Source: an uncultured Armatimonadetes bacterium
GTDB taxonomy: Bacteria; Armatimonadota; UBA5829; DTJY01
Length of the DNA stretch: 64,000 nucleotides
Assembly (NCBI GenBank): GCA_963717145.1
Contig: OY970325.1
Location: forward strand, 2,592,001-2,656,000
Reading direction: 5' to 3'
Shown: positions 41,561 to 51,403 of the stretch, piece after piece
Numbering within the stretch: the stretch's first letter is position 1
How the letters are laid out: every line of letters starts with the position of its first letter
Notes under the pieces: generated by a model
Told to the model about the DNA's origin: nothing
Databases searched by the model: none
The model's input: the letters and a program-made list of their open reading frames with translations, nothing else
Translations under genes and position numbers: made by a program

Positions 41561-43477
41561 ATGATATACAAGATGCTGACCGCTCTTTTGATCACGACAT
41601 TCATGGTTCAAGCTACGACAGTCCCTGCCGCCGAGCCGACGGCCGATCCCAAGCGGGTCGAGGAGATCCGAGGGATGCTGCGAAAGGATGTCCGCGCCCC
41701 GGGATGGAACATCTCGGACCGGGACGCCTGGGAACGGCTGGGACGTGATCCGCTTTTCGCCGTGATGGTTCCCGCCGCGGAGAAGCTCCTCGACACTCCC
41801 CTGCCCGATCAGCCCGACGATCTCTACCTCGAATACTCTCGCACAGGCAATCGCACGAACTGGCAGAGAGTCGCGGATGCACGACGTAGCCGCCTCACGA
41901 CGCTGGTCCTCGCCGAGTGCATCGAGAACAAGGGGCGCTTCCTCCCGGCGCTCGAGGATCTGATCACGGCGTTGTGCGCCGAACGTACTTGGGTGTTTCC
42001 TGCGCACGATGGGTCGCTGGTCAATTTCCAAGGCAAGACCATCACTATTGATCTGGCTTCCTCGGCGATGGCGTGGAATCTCGCCATGACGGACTTCCTG
42101 CTCGGCTCGAAACTGCGGCCTGATGTGGTGGTGGAACTACGCCGGAAGGTCAGGAGCAGGGTAGTTAAGCCATACCTGGACATAATTCGGGGAAAGCGCG
42201 AACCCCTCTTCTGGGTAAGAGCGACTCACAACTGGAACCCGGTGTGCGTGGCAGGCGTCACGGGAGCGGGATTGATCGAACTGGACTCGCTCGACGAGCG
42301 CGCCGAACTGATTGCCGCGGCGGAGACGAGTTCGAAGTACTTCCTTTCCGGGTTCACTCCCGATGGGTACTGCAGCGAGGGGCTGGGTTACTGGGGGTAC
42401 GGCTTCGGGCACTTCGCCGTGCTGTCCGAAATGGTGCGTCTTGTCACCGGCGGCGGGATCGACCTTCTCTCAGAGCCCGAGGCGCGCATGCCTGCCCTAT
42501 TCAGCGCTCGCATAGAAATGGCAAACGGGATTTCACCCGCATTCGCGGATTGTGGCGTCTATCAGAAGCCGTCGGGGTCATTGATGTGGCTTCTCAATAG
42601 ACGTTTCGACCTGGGTCTGGACCGATACAGCGAGCTTAGTGACATGGCGAACCTGGGGAGATCGGGCTGCGGGGGCGGATATCTCGCGGGGGCGATGGTG
42701 TGCGCGCTTGCCCAGCAAGAGAAGCCGCCGGCCGGCAAGGGCAGTTACGTTCCCGACACGATTCGCTCATGGTTCGACAACGCCGGGGTGCTGATATGCC
42801 GTCCGCTCCCGGGCTCGAAGTCCAATATGGCCGTAGCGCTCAAAGGCGGCCATAACAACGAGCATCACAATCACAACGACCTGGGCTCGTTCGTCGTTCT
42901 GTGCGGCAAGCAACTCATGCTACTCGATCCCGGCGCGGAGGTGTACACCGCGCGGACGTTCAGCAAGCAGAGGTACGAGAGCAAGCTGCTCAACTCCTGG
43001 GGCCATTCCGTGCCGGTGGTCGCCGGCAAGCTTCAACGCCCCGGCACCGATGCTCGCGCCCAGGTGACGGACACGGCGTTCACCGAGGAGTCAGACACGC
43101 TGCAAATGGACATCACATCGGCGTATGACTGCCCCGAGCTGAAGAGGCTGGAGCGCACATTCGTCTACAGTCGCACCGGAACCGGCATGCTCACTGTCAC
43201 CGACAGGGTGGAGTTCGAGACGCCGCAGTCGTTCAGCACGGCATTGATCACGACGGGCGAGGTGATACAGGTTGGCGAGCGCACGCTTCTCATCACGAAC
43301 GCCGAGGAGACTGTGTCGGTCGAGATAGACTGCGGGGGCCTCGCATTCTCGGTCAAGACGGAGCAAATCCGCGAGGACTCCTCGATCAAGCCGACTCGGA
43401 TCGGAATCGAATTGGATAGTCCCGTCACATCCGCGTCAATCGTCACAAAGATCGTGAAGAAGGAAGCTACGCCATGA
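41561..43477 (+). CDS. Secreted heparinase II/III-family lyase-like protein
   Basis: Signal peptide; HNWNPVC, DGYCSEGLGYWGYG, KGGHNNEHHNHNDLGSF, DPGAEVY, NSWGHSVP. Confidence 0.85.
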   Translation: MIYKMLTALLITTFMVQATTVPAAEPTADPKRVEEIRGMLRKDVRAPGWNISDRDAWERLGRDPLFAVMVPAAEKLLDTPLPDQPDDLYLEYSRTGNRTNWQRVADARRSRLTTLVLAECIENKGRFLPALEDLITALCAERTWVFPAHDGSLVNFQGKTITIDLASSAMAWNLAMTDFLLGSKLRPDVVVELRRKVRSRVVKPYLDIIRGKREPLFWVRATHNWNPVCVAGVTGAGLIELDSLDERAELIAAAETSSKYFLSGFTPDGYCSEGLGYWGYGFGHFAVLSEMVRLVTGGGIDLLSEPEARMPALFSARIEMANGISPAFADCGVYQKPSGSLMWLLNRRFDLGLDRYSELSDMANLGRSGCGGGYLAGAMVCALAQQEKPPAGKGSYVPDTIRSWFDNAGVLICRPLPGSKSNMAVALKGGHNNEHHNHNDLGSFVVLCGKQLMLLDPGAEVYTARTFSKQRYESKLLNSWGHSVPVVAGKLQRPGTDARAQVTDTAFTEESDTLQMDITSAYDCPELKRLERTFVYSRTGTGMLTVTDRVEFETPQSFSTALITTGEVIQVGERTLLITNAEETVSVEIDCGGLAFSVKTEQIREDSSIKPTRIGIELDSPVTSASIVTKIVKKEATP

Positions 43478-43542
43478 GCCCATGGAACGAATACAGCGAG
43501 GGCGGATATCTCGAAACCGTGCGGGATGCAAGATAGCGGATT

Positions 43543-43758
43543 CTAGGCCGCGATGGAGATTCGCCCTGCCTCGGAGGTGGGTTCGGGGATTGGCAGGCCC
43601 TCTTCCTTGAGCCCTTCGATGTGGAAGGTCAGGGCATCCCGGAAGTTGCGCTCCGCTTCTTCCCTTGTCTTGCCCGTCGCCATGCACCCTGGAACGTCGG
43701 GCGAGTATGCCGCCCAGTTATTCTCCGTATGTTCGTATATGACCGTGTATTCTTTCAT
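43543..43758 (-). CDS. HicB-family antitoxin, short form
   Basis: WAAYSPDVPGCMATGKTREEAERNFRDALTFHIEGLKEEGLPIPEP. Confidence 0.85.
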   Translation of the reverse strand: MKEYTVIYEHTENNWAAYSPDVPGCMATGKTREEAERNFRDALTFHIEGLKEEGLPIPEPTSEAGRISIAA

Positions 43759-43912
43759 GGACTATCTCCACTGCGCCTGCTTGTCGGCAGGTTCAGCTTC
43801 AGTCTACCCGCAATCTGCAATCCGGTCAAGCGTTACCACGCCGGAGGCCAATCCACGATGCTTGATAGCGTCTGCGTATCCATGTTACCATCTGACCATC
43901 AGGAGGTTTTCC

Positions 43913-45391
43913 ATGCCAATCAGACGACTTAAGGGCGGGCAGTTGAAGGTGCTCGCGGATGACGATATAGGGATGATACACGAGGCCGTGCTGGAGGTGA
44001 TGAGCACGGTCGGAGTGAAGGTCGAGCATGCCGAGGCGCTCGGCATCTATCGGGACAACGGGTGTGACGTCGACTTCGAGAAGCAGGTCGTCCGGATGCC
44101 CGAGGATGTGCTAAAGAAGGCGCTGAGCACCGCGCCGAGCGAGTTCACCCTCTACGGCAAGACGCCCGAGTACGATGTCAACGTCAACCTCGACGACGTC
44201 TACACCATCGGCGGGTCGTCGGCGCTGACGGTCCTCGACCTGGAGGGAGTCCGCCGGCCCGCGACCCTGCAGGACCTCTCGGACCTCACGCGGCTCCTCG
44301 ACGGCTTGGAAAACCTCCACATCATGCACGCGCTCGTCGTCCCGCAGGACATCCCCCAGCCGGGGTTCGACCGAATCCTCTGGGCGACCGTCATGAAGAA
44401 CACGAACCGCAACTACTACTCCCAGGGCCAGTGGGCGGTCAGTATCCGCGACCAGATCGAGATGGCGAAGGTCATCCAGGGCAGCGAGGACGAGATTCGG
44501 CGGCATCCACTCTTCACGATCGTCATCTGCATGATGAGCCCGCTGATCCACAGCACCGAGCGCGTCGATGAGCTGATCGAGTCCGCGAGACACGGGATTC
44601 CGCTCTACATCGAGGTCGACGCGATGCTCGGCGGGACGACGCCGATGACCATCGCCGGCACGCTCGTCGAGGAGTGCGCGAACGTCCTGACCGGCATCGC
44701 GCTCGCCCAGTTCGTGAACCCCGGGAACCCGTGCACCTTCGCGATCGCATCGGGGCTGATGAGCATGTCGAACGGCGAGTATTCGGGCGGCGCGCCGGAG
44801 ACCGGGCTGCTCCATGCGGCGACCGCGCAGATGGCTCACTTCTACAAGCTGCCGTTCCAGGGTGGGACGGGCATAGACTCGACGCTCCCGGACGCCCAAG
44901 CGGGTTACGAGCGGGCGCTCCAGGTGCTCACCAACTCGCTCGCGGGCACGAACTTCGTGCACCTCTCGATCGGCATGATGGAGCAGATGCTGCTGGCGAG
45001 TTACGAGCAGGCGGTGATCGACAACGAGATCCTCGGCGCGGCGTTCCGGATCGTGCAGGGCGTGGAGGTCACACGTGACGCGATCGGCCTCGATGCGATC
45101 AGGGAGGTCGGCATCGGCGGGAACTACCTGGCGCACGATCACACGGTGAAGTACATGCGGCCGCACACCTGGTTCCCGAAGATCACGAACCGCGAGCAGT
45201 GGACTCCCTGGATGGCGGGTGGCGGCAAGGACATGCGTCAGAGGGCGAACGAGCGCGCGCGTCAGATCCTCGCCGAGCACCATCCGAAGCCGCTCACCGA
45301 CGACCAAGAGCGCGAGATCGACCGGATTGCCCTCGAAGCGCAGAAGGAAGCAGTCGCCAAGGGGCCGTATTCTATGTCTGGGTCAGAGTGA
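43913..45391 (+). CDS. Trimethylamine methyltransferase (MttB) superfamily protein, non-pyrrolysine
   Basis: AGGAGG RBS; IHEAVLEVM..GV, SPL, GGTTPMTIAG, GAPE, PDAQAGYE, IDNEI, GGNYLAHDHT; no in-frame TAG. Confidence 0.9.
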   Translation: MPIRRLKGGQLKVLADDDIGMIHEAVLEVMSTVGVKVEHAEALGIYRDNGCDVDFEKQVVRMPEDVLKKALSTAPSEFTLYGKTPEYDVNVNLDDVYTIGGSSALTVLDLEGVRRPATLQDLSDLTRLLDGLENLHIMHALVVPQDIPQPGFDRILWATVMKNTNRNYYSQGQWAVSIRDQIEMAKVIQGSEDEIRRHPLFTIVICMMSPLIHSTERVDELIESARHGIPLYIEVDAMLGGTTPMTIAGTLVEECANVLTGIALAQFVNPGNPCTFAIASGLMSMSNGEYSGGAPETGLLHAATAQMAHFYKLPFQGGTGIDSTLPDAQAGYERALQVLTNSLAGTNFVHLSIGMMEQMLLASYEQAVIDNEILGAAFRIVQGVEVTRDAIGLDAIREVGIGGNYLAHDHTVKYMRPHTWFPKITNREQWTPWMAGGGKDMRQRANERARQILAEHHPKPLTDDQEREIDRIALEAQKEAVAKGPYSMSGSE

Positions 45392-45466
45392 AGGCCCAAC
45401 CGCCAGGGCGCCAAGAACGCCAAGTTGATGGCTGCTACGTCAATACTTGTGAGACTGGAGATCATC

Positions 45467-47466
45467 ATGGATCGAATTGTATGTGCATTCATGCTCGGCT
45501 TGATTCTTGCTTCGGGAGTTGCCTATTCGGCTGTTCGCGATCTCTACTCGGATACCTGGGTGGCGACCGATGCCCTCGGGCGGACGATGCCGGGGTTCGC
45601 TGATGTGGGACCGGTCAAGAAGGACCAGCGCCGCGTGGTGGGCATCTTCTACATCACGTGGCACAGCGACTCGCTGAGCACGGCATGAAGAGCCCGTATA
45701 CCGCGGATGTGTCCAAGGTGCTCGCCGCCGATCCGAGCGCGCGCCTCGATGCCAAGCATCCGCTGTGGACGGAAGGCTCGTATCACTGGGGCGAGCCGGA
45801 GGTGGGCTACTTCCTGAGCAAGGACGAGTACGTCATCCGCAAGGACATGTCGATGCTCGCCGACGCGGGCGTGGATGTGCTCGTGATGGACGTCACCAAC
45901 GCGGTCCGCTACTGGGACGAGTGGGACGTGGTCTTCCCGGTGATGCAGAAGATGAAGGCCGAGGGCAACAAGGTGCCGCAGTTCTGCTTCTGGGCGTTCA
46001 ACGGCCCGGTGATCACGGTGGTGCAGGACCTGTACGACAAGATCTACAAGGCCGGAGAAGTACAAAGACCTCTGGTTCATGTGGGACGGCAAGCCGCTGC
46101 TGCTCTACAACGGCACGCCGAGCGTCGACGCCAACGGCCAGGGCGCGCAGAATCCGAATCCGCACTACGATGCCGCCGCCAAGACCGACCCGAACAACCC
46201 GCATTACGGCGACCCGGATTACACCGAGGAGTTCTACAAGGATTACACCAAGGAGGTGAAGAGCTTCTTCACGCTGCGCACCATGTGGTGGGGATACTAC
46301 GAGTGGGCCGGGAAGCGCTTCGTCGGCACGGAAGACAACTGGAGCTTCGGCCTCGACCTGGGCGACAAGCGGGTCAGCGACGATGAACCCGGACGAGCTG
46401 GTCTCGACGCACAACGGCAAGAAGGAAGAAGCCGCCGTCACGCCCGGCGCAGCATCCCTCGAGCCTGGTCGGCAAGTCCTGGACCCGGGACAAGGGCGAG
46501 CCGGAACTGAACGATCAGGATCTGCCGGTGCCGACCTACGTGCCGTGGCTGGGCAAGACGGTCGAGCACCCCGAGGGCTACGGCATCTACTTCCAGCAGC
46601 GATGGGACGAGGCGCTCAAGGCCAACCCGCAGTTCCTCTACATCAACGACTGGAACGAGTGGACGGCCGGCAAGTATCAGCCCGCGGCAGGGCAGACCAC
46701 GCCGTTCATGCGCCGCGACAGCCCTTACTTCTTCGTCGACCAGTACAACGCCGAGTTCAACCGCTGCCATCCAGCCGATGAAGGGCGGATACACCGACAA
46801 CTACTACATGCAGATGGCCCAGAACATCCGGCGCTACAAGGGCGTCCGCCCGATCCCCGAACTGCACGGACATGCACCGCGATCAAGATCGACGGCGATT
46901 TCGCGGACTGGAAGCAGGTCGAAGGTCGAGTACCGCGACACCGTCGGCGATACGTTCCATCGCGACTACAACGGCTACGGCGGGCTGCACTACACGAACG
47001 ACTCGGGCCGCAACGACATCGTCACCAGCAAGGTCGCCGTGGACCGCGAAGATGGTCTACTTCTACGCGCGAGACGAACGACGCCGCTCACCCCGCACAC
47101 CGGCACGAACTGGATGCTGCTGCTGATCGACGCCGACCAGAACCCCAAGACCGGCTGGTACGGCTATGACTACCTCATCAACCAGAGGGTCGTCGACGCC
47201 AAGACCACCACGATCATGCGGTACGACTCCGACGCCCCGGACGATCCGTGGGTCGAGGCGGCGCAGGCTGAACTACCGCTACTCGGGCAAGGCGCTGGAG
47301 CTGGCCGTGCCGCGCAAGCTCCTCGGGCTTGCAGGGCGACGCATTCACCTTCGATTTCCACTGGTGCGACAATCCGGCCGATCTGAACGACCCGATCTCT
47401 CTCTGCACCAGCGGCGACAGCGCCCCGAACCGACGGTTCAACTACCGCTGCATCTGGCGGAAGTAG
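45467..47466 (+). CDS. Secreted GH99/GH71-like glycoside hydrolase broken by about 10 or more single-base indels
   Basis: Pieces join as signal, DTWVATDALGR, VGIFYITWH, HWGEPEVGYF, LADAGVD, INDWNEW, FVDQYNAEF, GRNDI, GDSAPNRRFNY. Confidence 0.7.
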
Positions 47467-47498
47467 GGTGCTCGCTATTCCGCTGTGCTCGCGAGGAT

Positions 47499-48062
47499 AT
47501 GCAAGGCATGGACTCTCCGGGAAACCGAAATGGGACGGAACGTTGGAGCAACGCGCGCAATATCCTGATTGGTTGCGCTGTGGTGCTGCTGGTGGGAGCA
47601 TTGCTCCTGACTGCTGCTTGCTATGTGCTCTTCGGCAGAGGCGATACCACCATCTATGCGAAGGGCTACACAGAAGTGAAGTTCAACTCGATCAAGATAG
47701 GCATGACTGATAAGCAGGTCAAGCGCATCCTGGGCGAACCTCTCGGCATGAGTCAGGATATTGTTTTCACGAAATAACTACCACAGAATAGCTACAGTAC
47801 CTCCTACTGCTCGTTCATCAACGGCAGACAGGTCTCCGGGAGTGTGTTGCTCGACTCACGCGCGGGCACTAGAGGCGTGGCATCAGCCCAGGAAGCGATG
47901 AGCCTCCTAACATTGCAGGAACGCAAACTCGCCAGGGTTCAGTATGAGTGGGACTACGCAGAACCGGGACGGCTTCTCAGCCAGCATCACCAATTCCGCA
48001 GCATCACGTTCAACACCTCCGGGATCGTAATTGACAAGTTCAGCTGGGAATGGGTGGATTAG
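47499..48062 (+). pseudogene. Membrane-anchored hypothetical protein (SmpA/OmlA-like motif) with in-frame TAA at 47775-47777
   Basis: TM segment then FNSIKIGMTDKQVKRILGEP; same frame reopens after TAA to 48062; AT-richer. Confidence 0.5.
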
Positions 48063-48123
48063 CCTCTGCTCATGCGAGCTATTCCGCCTCTATCGTTGTC
48101 TGCTGACGAAGTCGTAAGGGGAA

Positions 48124-48177
48124 AAGGGGACAGACACATGTTCAGGCCGCGCTGACGGAAAATGTGTCTGTCCCCTT
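48124..48177. repeat. Palindromic element AAGGGGACAGACACAT
   Basis: 16-bp arms 48124-48139/48162-48177. Confidence 0.8.
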
Positions 48178-48192
48178 CTTGCACCTCTTGCC

Positions 48193-48261
48193 TCTCTATG
48201 CGTCGACGGCGACACCGCCCCGAACAGAAGGTTCAACTACCGCTGCATCTGGCGGAAGTAG
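48193..48261 (+). repeat. Diverged duplicate of the last 69 nt of the GH gene (47398-47466)
   Basis: SLCVDGDTAPNRRFNYRCIWRK-stop versus SLCTSGDSAPNRRFNYRCIWRK-stop; last 32 nt identical. Confidence 0.9.
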
Positions 48262-48319
48262 ACGCTTCGACTTACGCGTTGGTCATCCGGCCTGGCTCAA
48301 CGTGGTATAATGGCGCGTC

Positions 48320-50080
48320 ATGACCTACGACAGCGTTATTCTGGCCGCGGTGGCCTCGGAACTGAGCAAGCGACTCGTGAGCGGGCGGATCGACGGGATC
48401 CATCAGCCCGTACCGCTCGATCTCGTCCTCACCATCAGGGCGGGCGGCGCGAACCACAGCCTGCTGCTCTCCGCCGATGCGCAATTCCCGCGCGTTCACC
48501 TCACATCGACCAAGCGTGAGAACCCGAAAGTCCCGCCGAACTTCGTGATGCTCCTCCGAAAGCACTTGGAGGGCGCCCGCATCGCCGGCATCGAGCAGGT
48601 CGGCTTCGATCGGATCCTCCACATCAAGATCAGCGCGTTCGACGGCGAGGTCATGACGCTGATCGTCGAGATCATGGGCAAGCACAGCAACGTCATCCTT
48701 GTGAATGGCGTCGGGCGCATCCTCGGGGCGATCAAGCCAGTCGGCCGCTCAAAGAACCGCTACCGGGAGGTCCTGCCGGGCCGAGAATACGTCGCTCCTC
48801 CGCCGCAGAACAAGCTCGATCCGCTGACGACGACGCGCGATGATCTCGTCCGACTGCTCGCGGAGGCCCCTGACGAGGATCGGGCAAAGTGGCTTACGAA
48901 GACGTTCGCGGGGATCGGGCCGTTCCTTGCGAAGGAGATCGTCGCTCGACAGCTATGGAGTGCGGAAGCGGAGTCTGCGGAGCTTCCGCTTTGCATCGAA
49001 AGCGGAAGCTCCGCAGACTCCGCTTCCGCACTCCATAGCTTGGCAGACGCGTTCATCGAGTTCTCCGGGGCGGTGCGGACTCGGAGCTGGAATCCTGTGC
49101 TCATCTCGGACGACGAGGGACACACGGTGGCCTTCTATCCGTTCCCGAGCGCGCAGTATCCGGCGGAGAACCAGCACGAGCGCCAATCGATGAATGCAGT
49201 GGCCGATGTCTTCTACAGCACCGCCGTGCCCAGGGATGAGTTTGCGCACACGAAGGAATCGGTGGTCGCGGGCCTGAGGCATCAGATCGAGTCGAAGGAA
49301 CACACGCTTCAAACGATTCAGGCGAACATCGCCGAGACGGTCAACGCCGAGCGGTTCAAGCAGGTGGGGGAACTGATCCTCTCGCAGCCGGACGCGGTCG
49401 AGGAAGCCGCATCCGAGGCGACGCTCGTGGACTACTATGACCCCACAGGCGCGTCGATCACCGTGCCGCTCGATCCGACGCTCAACCGCGCGGAGAACGC
49501 GGAGGCGTACTTCCGCAAGTACCACAAGGCGGTCTCCGGCATGGTCGCGCTCAAGGATCGTCTATCCGAGATGCAGTCCGAGATCAAGAGGCTCGAGGCA
49601 TTCGTCGAGAGAGCGGAGAAGGCGGAATCGGGCGAGCAGATCAAGGCGCTCACGAAAGAGCTGGAGGCGCTCGGCGTCTACGTCAGCCCGCAGCAGGTTC
49701 AGCAGGCCGTCAAGCAGAAGCCGGCGTTCGACGGGCATCGGATCGCGGTGGTGGAATCGAATGGGTGGGAGATACTCGTCGGGGGGAATAGCGAGTCGAA
49801 CGACTATCTGCTCACACGAGTCGCGCGGCCGAACGATATATGGGTACACGCGAAGGCAATAACGAGCGCCCACGTGGTCATCCGCACGAACAACAAGCCG
49901 GAATCCGTGCCCCAATCGGTGCTCTACGCGGCAGCGGAACAGGCGGCCCGGCACAGTGCGGCCAAGCACTCATCCCTCGTGCCGGTCGATTACACCCTCC
50001 GCAAGTACGTGAGAAAGCCGAAAGGCGCTGCGGCGGGCAGGGCGATCTATCAGAACGAGAAGACTATCTACGTCACCTGA
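48320..50080 (+). CDS. rqcH: Ribosome quality control protein RqcH/Rqc2 (NFACT, FbpA family) with in-frame palindrome
   Basis: FVMLLRKHLEG, FDRI, EIMGKHSNVIL, ENAEAYFRKY, NDIWVH, SAHVVI, VPVDYTLRKYVRKPKG. Confidence 0.9.
   Translation: MTYDSVILAAVASELSKRLVSGRIDGIHQPVPLDLVLTIRAGGANHSLLLSADAQFPRVHLTSTKRENPKVPPNFVMLLRKHLEGARIAGIEQVGFDRILHIKISAFDGEVMTLIVEIMGKHSNVILVNGVGRILGAIKPVGRSKNRYREVLPGREYVAPPPQNKLDPLTTTRDDLVRLLAEAPDEDRAKWLTKTFAGIGPFLAKEIVARQLWSAEAESAELPLCIESGSSADSASALHSLADAFIEFSGAVRTRSWNPVLISDDEGHTVAFYPFPSAQYPAENQHERQSMNAVADVFYSTAVPRDEFAHTKESVVAGLRHQIESKEHTLQTIQANIAETVNAERFKQVGELILSQPDAVEEAASEATLVDYYDPTGASITVPLDPTLNRAENAEAYFRKYHKAVSGMVALKDRLSEMQSEIKRLEAFVERAEKAESGEQIKALTKELEALGVYVSPQQVQQAVKQKPAFDGHRIAVVESNGWEILVGGNSESNDYLLTRVARPNDIWVHAKAITSAHVVIRTNNKPESVPQSVLYAAAEQAARHSAAKHSSLVPVDYTLRKYVRKPKGAAAGRAIYQNEKTIYVT
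48951..49040. repeat. 90-bp perfect hairpin (42-bp arms, 6-nt loop) translated inside rqcH
   Basis: AGCTATGGAGTGCGGAAGCGGAGTCTGCGGAGCTTCCGCTTT-GCATCG-reverse complement. Confidence 0.93.
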
Positions 50081-50309
50081 CATCGACGTCGATGATTACC
50101 TCGCGGATACCGGGCTTCGTGCGGAGGATGCGGTGTATCACCTCCAACTCGTGCTTGAGGTCGATATCGTGGCCGCGAAGCGCCTGGATGTATCCCCGCA
50201 GATAGACGACTCCGTGCGTCGACTTCACATCCAGTCCGGCGGCGTTGATGAACCGCCGGGTGATCTCCCTGTGTACCATCCTGGTGGTCTCACTATCTGA
50301 AGTTGGCAT
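50073..50309 (-). CDS. Small hypothetical protein, BON-like
   Basis: GGAGG RBS; LDVKSTHGVVYLRG..PGIREV resembles a BON domain. Confidence 0.65.
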   Translation of the reverse strand: MPTSDSETTRMVHREITRRFINAAGLDVKSTHGVVYLRGYIQALRGHDIDLKHELEVIHRILRTKPGIREVIIDVDVR

Positions 50310-50415
50310 CGCGCACCCCTCCCTTGCTTGAACCGATCGGCGTCACACTAGTATTCCCACGTCTTGAGGGAAACTCCTTCCACATTGACTTGCCGACAAT
50401 GCGGGAGATATACTT

Positions 50416-50484
50416 GTAGGGGCGAAGCATTGGCTGCCGGTTCCGCACCAGAGTTCCGCAAGTGAGCCAATGCTTCGCCCCTAC
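50416..50484. repeat. GTAG-type palindrome (GTAGGGGCGAAGCATTGGCT)
   Basis: 20-bp arms ending CTAC at 50484. Confidence 0.85.
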
Positions 50485-50500
50485 GCAATCCTTTTGCAGA

Positions 50501-51322
50501 TTGGAACCTTTCTTGGAAGACAAACTCGGACAGTTGAGAGCGATTCTGCGCGAAATGGGAACCGTGCTCGTCGCGTATTCCGGCGGAGTCGACAGCACAT
50601 TCCTGATGAACGTGGCTCATGATACCCTGGGCGACAAGGCTCTCGCCGTGATCGCATCCTCGGAGACCTATCCGTCGTCGGAGGTCGAGGAGGCGAAGTG
50701 CCTCGCGCGGGAGTTCGGTTTCCCGCTCGTCAACGTACATACGGAGGAACTGCATAATGAGGCATTTGCCCGAAACGCCCCGGACCGCTGCTACCACTGC
50801 AAGTCGGAGTTGATCCGCAAGCTGCAGGATGTCGCACGGGAACGAGGCTTCTCAGTGGTCGTTCACGGCGCGAATGCCGACGACGTGCAGGACTATCGGC
50901 CGGGCGCGAAGGCCGCAGCCGAACTCGGTGCGCGAGCGCCGCTTCAGGAGGTCGGTCTGACCAAAGATGAGATCCGCACGTTGTCGAAGCGCTTCGGACT
51001 CCCGACGTGGGACAAGCCGTCGTATGCGTGCCTCGCATCGAGGTTTCCGTATGGCACGAGTATCACCAAGGACGCACTCGTCAGGATCGATGAGGCCGAG
51101 GAGTTCCTTCGCGGGCTCGGGTTCCGGCAGCTTAGAGTCAGACATTACGGTGACACCGCGCGCATCGAGGTCGAGCCGGCGGACCTTCAGCGGATCACAT
51201 CGGACGAGATTCGGGGGCAGATCGTGCGCCGCCTGAGCGAACTCGGCTACTTGTACATCACCGTCGATCTCGAAGGCTACCGCATGGGGAGCATGAATGC
51301 GGTATTGGGAGATAAGGGGTAA
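50501..51322 (+). CDS. larE: ATP-dependent sulfur transferase LarE (start uncertain)
   Basis: AYSGGVDS, DRCYHCK, DYRPG, PSYACLASRFPYG, RVRHYG. Confidence 0.92.
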   Translation: MEPFLEDKLGQLRAILREMGTVLVAYSGGVDSTFLMNVAHDTLGDKALAVIASSETYPSSEVEEAKCLAREFGFPLVNVHTEELHNEAFARNAPDRCYHCKSELIRKLQDVARERGFSVVVHGANADDVQDYRPGAKAAAELGARAPLQEVGLTKDEIRTLSKRFGLPTWDKPSYACLASRFPYGTSITKDALVRIDEAEEFLRGLGFRQLRVRHYGDTARIEVEPADLQRITSDEIRGQIVRRLSELGYLYITVDLEGYRMGSMNAVLGDKG

Positions 51323-51327
51323 CGCGG

Positions 51328-51392
51328 GTAGTGGCCGTGCCTCTGTGCCGGCCATCCTACGTTGCAGGCCGGCACAGAGGCACGGCCACTAC
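51328..51392. repeat. GTAG-type REP doublet
   Basis: Same family as 23190 and 25338. Confidence 0.9.
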
Positions 51393-51403
51393 AAGATCAG
51401 CCA

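Noticed and set aside
43913-45391. Pyrrolysine-containing MttB
   Set aside because: No in-frame TAG and no pyl genes in the window
47775-47777. Stop-codon recoding
   Set aside because: The codon is TAA, not TGA or TAG; mutation or error is more plausible
51362-51403. N-terminal extensions such as MQAGTEARPL (larB), MAGTEARPL (RACo), MSQCFAPT (larE) and MTVPGNP (UroD)
   Set aside because: ORF-caller run-ons into upstream repeats; downstream starts fit the protein families better, so these are not counted as translated inserts
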